Shown: positions 1 through 13,980 of the stretch, piece by piece
How the letters are laid out: every line of letters begins with the position of its first letter
Position numbering within the stretch: position 1 is the stretch's first letter
Source of the DNA: Fimicolochytrium jonesii
Taxonomy: Eukaryota
Length of the DNA: 64,000 bases
NCBI RefSeq assembly: GCF_025526975.1
Contig: NW_026515695.1
Location: 124,001 to 188,000, forward strand
Reading direction: 5' to 3'
Notes under the pieces: generated by a model
What the model was told of the DNA's origin: nothing
The model's database searches: none
The model's input: the letters and a program-made list of their open reading frames with translations, nothing else
Translations under genes and position numbers: made by a program

Positions 1-67
1 GAGAGCGGATTACCGCGATATATGCCACTCGGGTAGAATACGTCGCTGAATCTTGTTCTTCTCTCAG

Positions 68-777
68 GAAACAACCCGGAGTTGCTTAAGGGAAAGTTGA
101 AATTCTCATGGGACTTGATCAACTACTATGGCACCGTGCTGGAGGATGACGATGAAGACGACGATGATGAGGACCAGCAGATGGCAGATGACTTGCAGCA
201 AGCTCGGTTGAAGGTATGAAATACATCCTCAATGCAGGCCAGTCCGTTCTGTTTGTAACGGTCCCTTTAGGAAGCAGATGAAGTCACACGGAGGATGACA
301 AAGGAGGAATACATGTACTACTCTGAATGTCGGCAAGCTTCGTTCGTATTCAAGCGTCTTCAGCGGTTCAAGAAATGGTCTGAACTGGGAAAGTAGGTTG
401 AGGTTTGATAGAAAAAGAGTTCTCATTGCATTCTGCCCGATTCACACTATTCCACTCCCTCCAGATACTACGAAAACAAACCCAACGGCGATGTAATCGA
501 CATCTGGGGTTTCCTTGCCTACGAAATGGTGCGCAAGCTCACAGAGATGGCCCTCGAAGTCAAAAAGCAGTGGGACACCAACCGCGTCGACGAGATCGAG
601 CACGAGCAGCGGGAGATGGAGAAGAAGAATGTCGGGCTGTTTGCGAAACCGACGAATGTGCAGAAACCCCTGCAGCCGGGACATATTCATGAGGCTTTCA
701 GGAGGCTGCAGAATGTGACTCCGAGTGTTAACAACTTTAGGGGCGACTTTGCGAGAACGACTTTGGCGTTGATTTAG
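68..777 (+). CDS. SPT3: SAGA subunit Spt3 (3' exons; gene starts before window)
   Basis: Spliced exons read ...FSWDL...acidic tract...EADEVTRRMTKEEYMYYSECRQASF...DVIDIWGFLAYEMVRKLTEMAL...PLQPGHIHEAFRRLQ, matching Spt3 histone-fold motifs; GT-AG introns; stop at 777. Confidence 0.85.
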
Positions 778-1342
778 GCGCGGATATTCCATCGGCAGTT
801 AGGTGATAGAGGCCGGCTCAGTTCTCGGTCTGTGGACGCGAGCTGCAAGCCACAAAACATCATTGCATACGGACGCCTCTATCTTTTGGGAACTTCGGCC
901 GGGACCTCTCTATTTCTGGGGGAAACAAGATAGCACAACGAAACGCGATGGCACGTAACACGGATGCCCTTTCCCAATCTGATCCGTCACACTGGATATG
1001 GCCTCGGAGCGCGTCAGTCAAGCGGCCACGCTGTAGTCTAGGGAAGAGCGAGAAACCCGTGACGCCAGCACGTTACATTTGGAGAATAGCAAAGCCAGTC
1101 GGGAGGCTTCCGATGCAAAGCAGACATGGTTGGTAGAAACGACCCAAACAGCGTAGCGTCATGTACATACATTCATGTACATACATTCTGGCGCAACTGA
1201 AAGCAAACACGATTTTGGATTATAAGTCAATAACAAATGATTTACAAAAACCATAGCAGGCCGTCCACTTTTAAGCTAGCTCCGAAGTCCCCACCCTACG
1301 CCCAATGCCCCCAAAAAATCCAACCATCTACCATCCCCCTCC

Positions 1343-4234
1343 CTACTGACTCTGCACCTGCCTCTTCAACCACGCCTCGCCTCCATTCTGCACGGCCGTC
1401 ACCACATCCTCCTCGCTAATATTCAGCTGTAGCTTCTGCGACCTGTCGCCTGCGCGGTGCTGCTCCAACAGGATAAGGCGCGAAGTGTGGAGTTGGGCGC
1501 AGATCCCGTAGAGATCGTAGGCGGTGGGGGCGGGGAGGTTGCCCATGTCGCAAAGGCGGTAGTGCTCGTCTGAGACCTGGATGAGTTGGGCGATCAGAAT
1601 GAGGTAAACCCAGTGCCATGAGTTTGTGTATTCGGACCACGTGACTCGCGATTACATACCGGCCCATACTCAACCTCCCCAATCCCCGCCCTTCTCACAC
1701 TCCTCACAAGCGCAACCAAAAACACCCTCTGATGCGTGCTCCCCCTCCCCACCGACTGCACCGCCACCGACGCAAACATCTCCTTGACAGCCTGGTCGAT
1801 CACCATCATCGTCACGAGCTTGTTGTCCTGCGTCCCGGCCTCTGCGGCGCTTTCCAGTTTCGCTTCCAGTATCTCTACGCCTCGACTGAATTGGGATGCC
1901 CTCGCGTTAGGCATCTCGTGAGAGCGTGGTGACGGTTTTTGAAGGGTGGACTGGTGTACTTACCGACAGATATCCAAGGCTCGTCTAGCGTCCCCAGACA
2001 CCGCTCCGATCTTTCTCGCACACAGCTCCACAGCATCCTTCTCAAAACACTGCACGCCTTCCAGTCGTGATTGTACAATCTCAATGAGCTGCTGGTGCGT
2101 GTATGCCGGGAAGTTGATCCTCGTCAATCCTGGGTAAATTACAACAGTCAGGAGATCGGATCATACCCTATTTGCGCGGAAGGAACCATCTTACCCAAAC
2201 GACTAGACACCTTGTTAATCATCATCCGTTCCGGCAAGTCCATCGTATTAGCAATGGCGACAACGATTAGCCGTGCATGTTGTAGATCCGGCCATGTCAG
2301 GAAATTGTACATGATCGAGTGGTTTTTCGTGACGAGGAGATCAATCTCGTCCATGAGAAGCACGCTGCATGATGAATCCACGTAATCAGCAAGGTGCTCC
2401 AGACACGGCGCAAGTTAGGTCAAAAATCCTTACGTGGGTTGTCGGTTCGGAGATGGAGTCGTGAAATGCTTCTGCAGCAAGGAAAGCGCATGTGTGGAGC
2501 TGACTTTCTTGCCCGTCAGGGCTTCCCACAGCACAGAGTAGGCTTGTGCGGGCTCCGTCAGCTTCATCCCGTTGATCTCTACGAAGCGGTATGGCGAGAG
2601 TTCCTGCAAAGGGAAGAGGGATTGAGATTTGCAAGTGTCTGTTTCGCGAAGCGTGGCCGGCGCGTACCTCATCTTCCACCGCCTTGTCGAGGGCTCGCAT
2701 GACTGCATGGACGGTAGCCGTTTTCCCCGTTCCCGGAACACCCGATATGTCTACGAAAACGCTTACGCTCAAACAAAGGAACTTCTTTCAATCGTAATGT
2801 GTGATCAGGCTGACACTTACACACGCAACCGCCCGAACCTTCCTCAATCGCACTCGTCAGCTCCGAATAGATCTGCGCATACTCGTCCTCTCTGCACGGC
2901 AGCGCGTCCGGGTACACAGACATATGCAATTTTTCCCGGGCGCGCTCAAACACCGATCTCGCCTTTGACCGCTCGAGTGCGCGTTCCGGTAAAGGAGTGG
3001 GTGCCAGTTTCGGCTTTCGCTTGCTAGGGGTGGCTCGTTTTCCGGAGGCACTCACGGCAGAAGCGTTGCGGGCGGTAATTCGCGGTGTCGGTGTGCATTG
3101 TTCGAGCGATTCGAGCGGCATTCGTCGGTTTGAGGGTGTGGCGGCTTTGTTTGGGGTATATGTGACTTCCTTTCGTTTCCGCTTCTTGATGGGTGTTGCG
3201 ACTTCAGCTTCTGATGCGTCCTCAGCTTCCTCGCCGTCTATTTGTTCCGCTTCCTCTGACGCGGGATGTTGCTGGAAGAGACGCCCATTTAGACAACGTT
3301 CAATTACCAAGACTATGCGCAAAGACCTTTGCGCACCTCCTCGCTTTCCTCTACGCTACTCCGCCCACGCGACTTCCTCGGTGGTGCAGCCTGTCCCACC
3401 TCTTCCTCCGTCCATCCCTCCTTCTTTCTCCGCCCCGTTGCCTTTCTCACGCTGTTCGGTTTCGCAGAAGCAGGCGTCGCAGCAGCAGTCTCATTCCTGG
3501 TCGTCCTCGCAGGTGTCCGCGCAGCAGCATGCTCCTTCGCCTTACCCTCCCTCTTCTGCATAGCCTCCGCCTTTTCAAAGGGTGGAGCGTCTTCATTCCT
3601 CCTAAAGGCCTCCCAATCCATCGGCCACGCCTTCACATCGCGGGCGGACCCGAGCGTACGGTGACAAAAGTAGATTCCGTCGGGGTTGGATTTCGGGTAT
3701 CGCGATCTGTATTCGTCCCGGGACAACACCTCGATCTTGCCGCAAATGTGCTCAATGTCCTCTTTGACCTCCTTCATGTCTGTATGGACGATTTCTGTCT
3801 AGGTGTATGATCATCAGCACGCAGTGTTCTTGAGATCGAAGCCGCCGGAGGAAAAACTTACCGGCCGGGTCAAGCTCCAGCGCCCGACACTTCCTCGTCC
3901 TCGCCGCCGTAGTCCCCAACTGCCTCTCCACCTCCGACGCAGCATAGATCCACCTAATATCCATCTTCCCAGTCCCTTCCTCATCGCGATAGCAGGCGAT
4001 TATCATCGCCTTGTACGGCTCATCCTGGTCCTCGGCCTCGACCAGGACACAGTCGTTGAGGTGGTAGTCTATCCCGTCTTTTCGGAAGCCGGGGTAGAGG
4101 AGTTTGTTGGAGAAGCCCTTTTTGGAGAGGCCGCGGGTGGTTGCGCGGCTGGGTGTGGCGGAGGATAGGGGGCCGTCTGCTGTACGGTTTAAGGGTTGGC
4201 CTGTGAAGGTGAACGACTCGGAGTTCCGCCGCAT
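1343..4234 (-). CDS. ORC1: Origin recognition complex subunit 1 (multi-exon)
   Basis: N-terminal BAH-like region ([18 protein letters not shown]); LPCREDEY; Walker [23 protein letters not shown]; Walker [31 protein letters not shown]; winged-helix C-terminus. Confidence 0.9.
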
Positions 4235-4611
4235 GTTGGGTGGTAGCTTGCGCTTGGTTGAGCGGAGGCCGGGAACGTGCGTTCGCTGATGGATATGGAG
4301 GTTGTCGTTGTTATAGTTTCAAGATCAGAATGCCTGCTGGGTTTGCGACGAGGAAAAGGCGGGCAAGAAGGGCACAAGCGCGTGTCCGGAAGTTGAAAGT
4401 CCGAACAGTCCGAACTCAATGTAAGAAGGAATGGCCCTTCCCCCTAATCAACTTTCCTCACGCATGCGGCAGATTTTCTAAAAATATGATACAGTATATA
4501 GACGTATTATGTACATAGGGATTCTATATGAGAGAAGTCTAATCCACTTGAATCGCAGTCCCAGACATCTCGTTCTGCAGGTTAGCACGCGAGCCTTCTT
4601 CCGCCGAGTAA

Positions 4612-5868
4612 TCACGCGGGGCGACCGTCCCATCTGGCATCGTTTGCCTGCCGCTGCGGGCCGGTGTGTAGCGCGGTAAAACATACGCTGGGATCTGCAA
4701 TATAGCCGCCAATAAAGGTCAAGATGTGCGCCAAAAGGGGAAACTCCATGAGCCGAACACTTACGTCCCCGTTCCCATGGCGCTCCCCATAGAACCATCC
4801 GTGCATCGGATAGTTGAGTTTGTATGCAAAGACAGCCGCCGTGATGCCGATCGCCATACCGGTGAGAACTTGTCCGGTAGTGTGGTGGAAGTCCATGATG
4901 CGTGTCAGCGAGATGTACCCTGCCACGATCAGTGGGATGAATGTGACGAGAAGCTGCATGCATATACCGCATGTCAGAGTGGTTTTCCATGCTTTTGCGG
5001 AACGACAGAGATCCCGCATTGCAGCCCTACCTTGTAGAATTGTGCTGTTCCATTGTATGGCTTCAGCTTTGCATGCATCCAGAATGACAGGAAGACCCAG
5101 CACTGAGGGATAGAATGTCGTTGAGCAGGGTGCGCAACGAATGCCAGACAGCGGTTTCAGAGAACAAAACCACGCACCGTAAATGCCGATCCCGCGTGTC
5201 CGGAGGGAAAGCCGTTCAAATCAACCTTTTCAAGTTTCGTGCGACAAACAGACTCGGTATAATAGAGCTGTCCTGCAACGAGCTTTGCTGGATCTGGATC
5301 GCATTTCGTGATGTGGTATGGACGAAGCCCGCCGATGGTGGCCCAAAGGAACGAACATGTGACCATCGTCATTGCTGTCGAGAAGGAGAGATGTGGGTGA
5401 CATCGTCAGATGTAGGATTTCGCTCTACGGAATCCTACCCAAAGCCTGAACCAGCCCGGTCACAGCATGATACATATCCGGCCAACTGGTGTAAAACACC
5501 AAGTTCAAAATCACTATCAGTGCGATAGGGATGGCGACCGAGACCACCGTAGATAAAAAGGAAGATACCCTGTCCGGAAGGACGGGTGCCATGTAGAATT
5601 GGTCATTGACGTTGAAGTAAATTTCTGGCTTGGTAACATAGGCGTAGAAGACTTGGGTCAAGATCAAGCACACGATTATGAGCACCCAGTCGAGGATGCG
5701 GGCTAGGACGTAGCTGCGGCGGGATTTCGTTGGGATGTCAAGTCTATCAAGAGTATACGACCGTAAATAACTGACCGAACGGTAGAGCGAGGCCAAGCAG
5801 ACGGAACTCAGGGTGAGGCCGGCAAGGACCGAGAGTCCGAAAACACATACTTTGACGGAAGACTCCAT
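4612..5868 (-). CDS. PAP2-family lipid/diacylglycerol-pyrophosphate phosphatase (multi-exon)
   Basis: Multiple TM segments; PAP2 motifs GGLRP, FPSGH and SLTRIMDFHH. Confidence 0.8.
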
Positions 5869-6455
5869 CCTTGTGGATCAGCTACAAACCCGCCCTTCTC
5901 AGCCCACTTTTGCCTCCAAGAGAGAGCAGGCATGGTGCTTGGTCGTCGTCGGTTTGCCCGTGGGAGTTCGGTTATGCGTTCGTGAGAACCGAGCTATCGT
6001 TGAATGGCGACTTCACACAAGGGCTTCCGAAACTGAAGACAGTGCTGGGAGCGGGTTCTCGTGGCGTCTCCTCCCCAGACGCAGGTTGGCAACGGATAGT
6101 CAATGGAAGGGTGGCGAGTGGCAAAGGCAATACTTGTTGGCCACGGGACACTTGGGGGGGCGGAGGAGCCATTTGCATGACGAGTTGACATCACCGCGCC
6201 TAAATTTCAAAGTTGTTGGACTGCATGTGCAGCTCAGAAGCAGGCGTGCGTGGATTGGGTCCCAGACCTCTTGCCCTCTTGCCTGCTGTGAGAACCGCGT
6301 TTTGAACTGCGCCACCCTAGGTGACGTAAGCACGAAACATCGCCCGCTTCCTCGCAAAAAGGGAAGTCCAGATGTATAAATTGCCAAGCGTTGTTGCACA
6401 TTTCCCCAAGCGTACTTCTGAAGAACCGTCTCATTGTCCCAAACATACAATATCA

Positions 6456-7219
6456 ATGGAATCTATTTTGACGTCCGAACCATTTACCCCCCAACGGTCG
6501 AGACGCTCTTCGGTTGCTTCTGAGACAACGTTACGACGATGGTGCTTGGAACGGGATGGAGACAGTGCTTGGTATGCCGTTTCCCGTTTGGCGAGACGGC
6601 ACATATTGTTCCCCGAAGGACTCCCTCGTTCCAAGTCTCCGCTGCCATCGAGTGCGGAGACTTGCCCAAAGATTTTGCGCGGAACGACATACGCAACATG
6701 TTCGTGCTGTGTCCAAACCACCACGAAGCATACGATAGATTCTGGGTCGCTTTCGTTCCCGGGGAAGAGCCGCACAGTTATCATTTCGTCAATCTGCTCA
6801 ACATAGCGCAATTCTCTGAAGTTACCATCACATTCGCTGGACCTCTACCCGCTTTCCCGCTCGCATTTCTCTACCACGCCCGGGTGGCATTCGCTAAGTT
6901 TGCAAGAATCTACCGTGGGTCCCATGCTCTTCCAAACGTTCAAGGTGGAAGCGGCGGCAGAGGCGGGGTTCCCCGTCACTGATACGAGATTTTGGTGGTC
7001 TGGCGGTTACTCTGGTCACCAGAACGCGGAAGCGCAGAGCAGGGCGGCAGTGCAGGAAATGGAACCGCGATATCAAGAATTATAGCTCGAACTCTTGCCA
7101 TGGCTGCAGAAGAAAAAGAGTTCGACAGGACTTCGGGGGACGTGGATATGGATGATGTTGTTCGGGGAGACTGGATTGAGCCGGATGTTCCCAAACGCCG
7201 TGCGTTATTTGAGCTTTAG
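6456..7219 (+). pseudogene. Frameshifted HNH-endonuclease-domain gene (fungal HNH_2 type)
   Basis: LRRWCLERDG continues as RQCLVCRFPFGETAHIVP...RNMFVLCPNHHEAYD only after a 1-nt shift at ~6560; further frame changes are likely after ~6900. Confidence 0.6.
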
Positions 7220-7989
7220 TCAGATCTCATGTATAATACATTGAGCTCCGTGGATGGCAGTTTGAGCTCCGTGGAAGGCGCAAGCAGCCGTGGCCACGGA
7301 GGAACGTGCATAAGGAACGTGCGGAGGAACGGCGTGGTCACACGTTGGCCACGGAGGAAGGTGCAAACTGCTCGCCAACGTGGAGTTCCGACGTGGCCTC
7401 TAAACCCGTGGTCTCGCCCTACTTTCTACCTATCTACACTCCTATCAAGCCCTCTTCCTAATCCAACCTCCCTATGCAAGCCACTCCTCCAACACCCACT
7501 ATCCTCACACCTATCTGCCGCCCCCGCCGTCCCCGGTGCAGTCCACGGGTGCAAATCACGGCCCTGGGAGATACACTCCCGCCGTTCTTTGGCTGCCATC
7601 CGCGCCAGATGCGCGTCGTTGCGTGTTTGAGTGTGGATGAGGTCTTTGTGGAGGGTTTGCTGCTTTTTGAGGGTGGAGAGGTGGAGGGTTTAGACGTACT
7701 AAAGATGGATAGGGAGGAAGTTATGGGTTGACGACACATCGGTGTTTATCAAAATCCTTTTCGCTCCTGGATGACCTCAACTTTGAAGAATACAGACCCA
7801 TCCTGGCCAACCTGACTTGCACGGCTCGAACCCCGCCGCCCACGTTGCCCAGTGGCCGCATTACCTTCTGATTCGAGAATTTCAGCGAGAACAAGGGCGC
7901 ATTTGAAACCTACACCCGCCGAGGGATCATTCGTGTCATCCCGGACGCCATACTCAAGCAGGGCTACGTCGGTGTCCCCGCGGTGGAGC

Positions 7990-8183
7990 TACTGCTTGCT
8001 GAAGAGTACGCTCATGTGCCCCGCAATTGCGACTGCAGGCTCTATGAGCAGTCCACACAACCGCGCTTCCAGCGGTGCAGCAGGTGTGCTAAGGCGTACT
8101 ACTGCTCTCGGAAGTGCCAGAAGAAGGACTGAACAAAAGGTCATCCCGAGCCCCACAAGAAGACTTGCTCCATGCGCTCATGA
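7990..8183 (+). pseudogene. MYND zinc-finger remnant with in-frame stop
   Basis: Reads NCDC...RFQRCSRCAKAYYCSRKCQKKD*TKGHPEPHKKTC; the conserved Trp of the MYND 'DW' is TGA at 8130-8132. Confidence 0.7.
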
Positions 8184-9211
8184 TACCTTTGACTCGATCT
8201 GTTGTGAATAAAGTCGGTCATCCAAGGGTCATTGATGCGGTTTTCCAGTCATTTTGATGTATATAGCCTCCGCCGAATTGGACGAATGCAAACACTTCGA
8301 TGTCAATACTAAACGCACAGATATTGAATGGAGGCTCCATCGCTAACGTACGTATGAACGATAAAGGCCAAAATAAGGATTCCTGAAGGACGAGGTGGGC
8401 CATGCTGGGTTCTATTCCATGGACGGCACATGCAATGTTCAACTCAGTTTGGTCATGGTATCGCAAAGGTTTGAAATGCACTATGAGAAACCTTTTTCTC
8501 CTCATATTCGTGTCGTCCTGATCCCAAATTTTGTGATAATCTTGTGATAATGGAAGAAGCCGTTTCTGCTTCTCAAATTGGACCCGTTAGCTCAACGTTG
8601 AGAATCGATACACATATGGAGGGCTCCAATGGTAATAAGCGAAACTTATGCGATGCGGAGAGCGAGCGACTTTGGAGGACCCTCCCGGTGATGGCGAAAT
8701 GACGGGGCAATGAAGTTGACGCGGCACAGGGCCTGGGGGCAGCCAACCAGAAAGTGCCAATGCCGGTGACCGATCAGATCAAGCAATCCCATTATCCCCG
8801 CTTCAAAGGCGCGCGCGCACGTGACCGCCTCCACTCTCGCTCGAACATATGAGGTGTGATCCTGGGGTCACATATGTATACTGTAAGCTCGTAGGGTTGC
8901 CTTTCTGGACAGACATTACGCTCTCCACCAAGGTACGTTTGCAAATAAAGGGGAGCCTATAGAGTTCGGCGAAGGGGGAGCAGGTGAACTGGTCGTCACG
9001 TTCGCAAGCGTCAGTGAACCTCATCAAGGACGCACTGTTTGCAGCGAGCAATTGCAGTCTTTACCGCGTCTTCAGACGGAATCTTGGGAGTTCGCGCTCA
9101 CACCCACTCTGCAATCCCAATCAGTCCGCTACATCCACCGAACAATCGGATCGGCCTCAATACACTTCTCAGAACAGCGGCCTCACATCCGCGAACTCTT
9201 ACGCAAAAGAC

Positions 9212-10346
<1,135 letters not shown>

Positions 10347-11038
10347 ACCCACCTTACCCCACCCCATATCGCGGAGAATTACGAATGCTCTGCCCCCGCC
10401 TAGCATATGTAGAAAAAAACCCGGCCACACCAATTTGCGTATATGCTCTTTCCTACCCCATGCATCTCTCAACCCACCACCCTTGAACGGCGCACAGTAT
10501 AGAGAGGCCGACCCCTTAGTGCGTTCCATTTTCGCCTTTGCAGATAGGATATAGGGGCGATTCTTGTGTCTTTTTTTTCGATCTTGTCTCATATTGTTTT
10601 TGATTTATGATATTGTGCGTGATGTTCAGATTCGGGGTTTCGGTGTTGTAGTGTTATGTAGATGTGAGCAGGTGAATGGATGGACTGGATGTGGAGAGGA
10701 TTGCTAAGATTGTGGGGAGTTCCCCGACCGTGAAAGGCTCTCTCGCGAATCAAGGCCCGCAGAACCGATATATATACCGTTCGCCCGTCCAGGTTATTGT
10801 CAGCGAAAGCGGCAGAAACCCAAATCCACATATCCAAAAGCACCACGGCCATCGGCCGCATTCCAACCACCACATCAGCGACCGTGATCACAACCCTCCG
10901 TCAAACCCGAAATCAAAGCACATCATGGTATATATTGAAACTGTCGAAGAAAGAACAAGAGGTCGAGAATCGTGTTCACGAAACGTTTTGAACACCCCTC
11001 CTCGCCTTCCTTCTGGGTTTTTCGTCTTCCGAGCACCC

Positions 11039-11855
11039 CTACTTGTCGTTCTTCACTAGCGAGTAGTCAGCCGGGAACGGCCATCCGAACGTCTCGCCGC
11101 GTGCGGCCATCCGGCGGTGGGCTTCGAGTTTTGCTGCGTCTGTTACGCTGTAGTCACGAAATAAGAAATGTAATCAGTGGAATGATGAGTATGTCCTTCT
11201 TCCGAACCAGGCAACTCCATCCACCGCTTCAAACACGTCCATTTCCAACTAACCTGACTTTCGGAGAATAGATCTGGAACACAAAAAAGGTCGCGAATGC
11301 TCCATAGTATCCAAAGTACCACATTGGCTCCCACCAGTACCACGTGTGCTTTTGGCCGCCCTGTGAGAGAAGGGATCGTGTGGAAGTGGCAAGGTTAGTG
11401 ACTGCGGTGGCGTGGCGTCGAGTTTCCCCGCCTCGCTGGCTCCTCGAACTGCGTTTTACGGAGACTCTAGCCGTCTCCTGCGCCCACCAACAACCCCTTA
11501 TGGAGACGCGAAGGTAAACGCAATTGAATTTGTCTCAAAAGTCGACGTGCGGCGGATTCCCAGCATCTGCCAACAACCTCCCACCCAACATCGACTCCCC
11601 AAATTCCGCGTCACCAAGAACGCTCCACTCCCCTTCACCCCCGCCTCCACCCCTATTCCTCACGTCTCCTCTTCTCCCTTTTCACCTCGCGCCGTAAAGA
11701 CATCAACTCACAGGTCTACCGAGAAAGTATCCCGAAGGCTCCTGCCCCCGTGGCCCGTGTCCTCCGCCGCCGTTGCGGACCGACTGTAGTTGCGAGGGCG
11801 GGTTGCGCCTGGCGAGTGCCGCTGTCCGTGCGGCTGTTCGTGCGAGGGATAGCAT
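11039..11855 (-). CDS. NDUFB11: Complex I accessory subunit ESSS/NDUFB11 (3 exons)
   Basis: Mitochondrial presequence MLSLARTAARTAALARR, GGGHG..EPSGYFLG, WWEPMWYFGYYG plus TM helix, AKLEAHRRMAARGE. Confidence 0.7.
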
Positions 11856-12110
11856 TTTGTTGTGTTGTGTTGTTGGGGGTTGATGTTGTGTCGGTTGGTT
11901 GTGACGAGGGCGGATAAGGGGATCGCTCGAGTGGCAGGACCTGTCCAGCACGTGACGTGTTATTCGAGTTGAATAAGCAACTTGATTTTGGAGTCTGTCG
12001 TTCGGACGTCCTGCACCCACGCGTTTCGCTCTGCTGCTCAGGCAAACTCTGACAGAACTGCCCCCCCCCCTCCCCCCCAAACCTCTTGCATACCCAAACG
12101 ATACTCGAAT

Positions 12111-12925
12111 ATGTTGTCAAACGGTGGAGCTCGTCCAGCAACAGCCGGCGGAAAGCCAGGAGGAGACGCCGCTACCGTCTCTAAGAGGTAAGTCCAGGTT
12201 GTCCTGCTGTAGGAGGAGTTCCCGACTGCCGCTGACCCGAGTATTCCCCTCCCTTGTTTCTCCACCTAGGCTGCAAAATGAGCTTATGACTCTCATGGTA
12301 ACGCAACACGGACTACGTGCTCGGGAAATTTGTTGGCTGAGCTGAGGCTGACCCGTCGCCTACGCTTTTTCAGATGAGTGGTCTGCACGGCATTTCCGCA
12401 TTCCCAGACGGCGATGACCTTATGAACTGGACAGCTACTATCACCGGGCCGGACGGCACTGTAAGCGTAACTATTTTCAACATGCACGAACATAGAAACC
12501 ATCGTTGACAATGTATACCTCCCATTTAGCCCTACGAAAAATTACAGTACAAGCTATCCATGAAGTTCCCATCCTCCTACCCTTACACCCCCCCAACCGT
12601 TATGTTTAGAACCCGGTGCTGGCATCCCAACGTCGACACCAACGGGCACATCTGCTTGGATATCCTCAAGGACAAGTGGTCGGCGGTATACACTGTGCAG
12701 ACGATATTGGTGTCTTTGCAGAGTTTGCTGGGAGGTAAGTGGATGATAACCTTGCTCTTGCGTTGGAGGCTCTGAGTTCGGAATGCTGATTTTTGATTGC
12801 GCTAACTCGCAAATGCAGAACCAAACAACAACAGCCCGCTAAACGAAGAAGCAGCTCAGCAATGGAAGGATCAGGCCAAGTTTAGGAAGTCGGTGCTTGT
12901 CATGCACGATGATGGTCCCGAATGA
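12111..12925 (+). CDS. UBE2C: Ubiquitin-conjugating enzyme E2-C (UbcH10/Ubc11; multi-exon)
   Basis: [66 protein letters not shown]. Confidence 0.88.
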
Positions 12926-13307
12926 TGATATCTTAGATTAATCATGAGGGGAATGGATGGGATTGTATATGGCAGGACGGCCTCAAGCGCGTATTGCTTA
13001 GGTTAGAAGAATTGAAAGTGGGACGTAGAATGGGACAAGCCCCTTGTGTATATTTAATGTAAATGTAAATGTGAGAATGCTAGACTTTTGCTCTCGCATG
13101 TTTTTCTTGTTGCGAGGGATGAGAAAGGGACGTTGAGTCGTCCTACCTTTTCTATTGCGAATCACGGCGGTGAACAACTGCAACATGGAACACAGATTTC
13201 AATTCTTTGCTCCATCGCCGCATTCGTCCATATCTCCATAGCCCACGGGGATACACAAAAAGTGCCGAAACGGTAGCCAAAGTAAGTGTCCGACTATCTC
13301 CTGCTGA

Positions 13308-13358
13308 AGCAATGCGGTGGTTTCAGCAATGCGGTGGTTTCAGCAATGCGGTGGTTTC
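13308..13358. repeat. 17-bp tandem repeat x3 (AGCAATGCGGTGGTTTC)
   Basis: Three direct copies read in the sequence. Confidence 0.9.
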
Positions 13359-13800
13359 CTTTCCCTAATGACGGGTGGCTGCTGGCTGCTTTACGGGATC
13401 GGGTCTTGCTTATGCCCCTTGTGCCTTTTCCCGACACTGTGACCTTCGAATTTGCCGAACTGCCTGGGTCTCGTCTTCTTTCACTTTTTGCCATGATTTG
13501 TCGCGCAACGCCTAGAGGTGGGTGGCGGATAAGGATGCCGTATGCAACAATCAACTTCCTCTCTTTTCTTGCCCGTTACCCTGTTATGCCAGGGCTACGC
13601 GCAAGCTCGACTTTTTTCAGGTCAAGCAAAATGTCATCGCCATCGCCTCATTTGTACATCACGTACGTGAATCTGACATCTCCCTCTGCACACGCGTGTT
13701 ACCAGCCGGCTATCCCAGGTGGGGACGCCTAGGTCCTCCTCTTCTCCTAGGCTAGACGTTCGTTCGCTAAGATACGTGTACAGTACAGTACATACACGTA

Positions 13801-13980
13801 CAATCTGTTGCCATAAAGCAGGTCGCCCACGAAACTAAGTGAGTGTCCAAGTGTCCTCGCCGCTGATCATTGCATCATACGAGACCCCTAATCTAAACTA
13901 CATCTGTCACTGTCCTAGGCAACCACTGCTGGGGCCGACTGCGCACGGCCAGGTGCGACCTGCTTTATGGCAACAGACTG
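13801..13980. mobile_element. MITE, Tc1/mariner-type (26-bp TIRs, TA target duplication)
   Basis: Left end CAATCTGTTGCCATAAAGCAGGTCGC (13801-13826); right end reverse complement CAGTCTGTTGCCATAAAGCAGGTCGC (13955-13980), 25/26 match; TA at 13799-13800 and 13981-13982; no coding capacity. Confidence 0.85.

Noticed and set aside
1159..1188. 14-bp tandem duplication TCATGTACATACAT (similar 16-bp duplication near 29711-29741)
   Set aside because: Two-copy slippage duplications in 3' intergenic DNA; unremarkable.
12019..12024. ACGCGT (MCB-like) site upstream of UBE2C
   Set aside because: A single hexamer is expected by chance, so no cell-cycle regulation claim can be supported.
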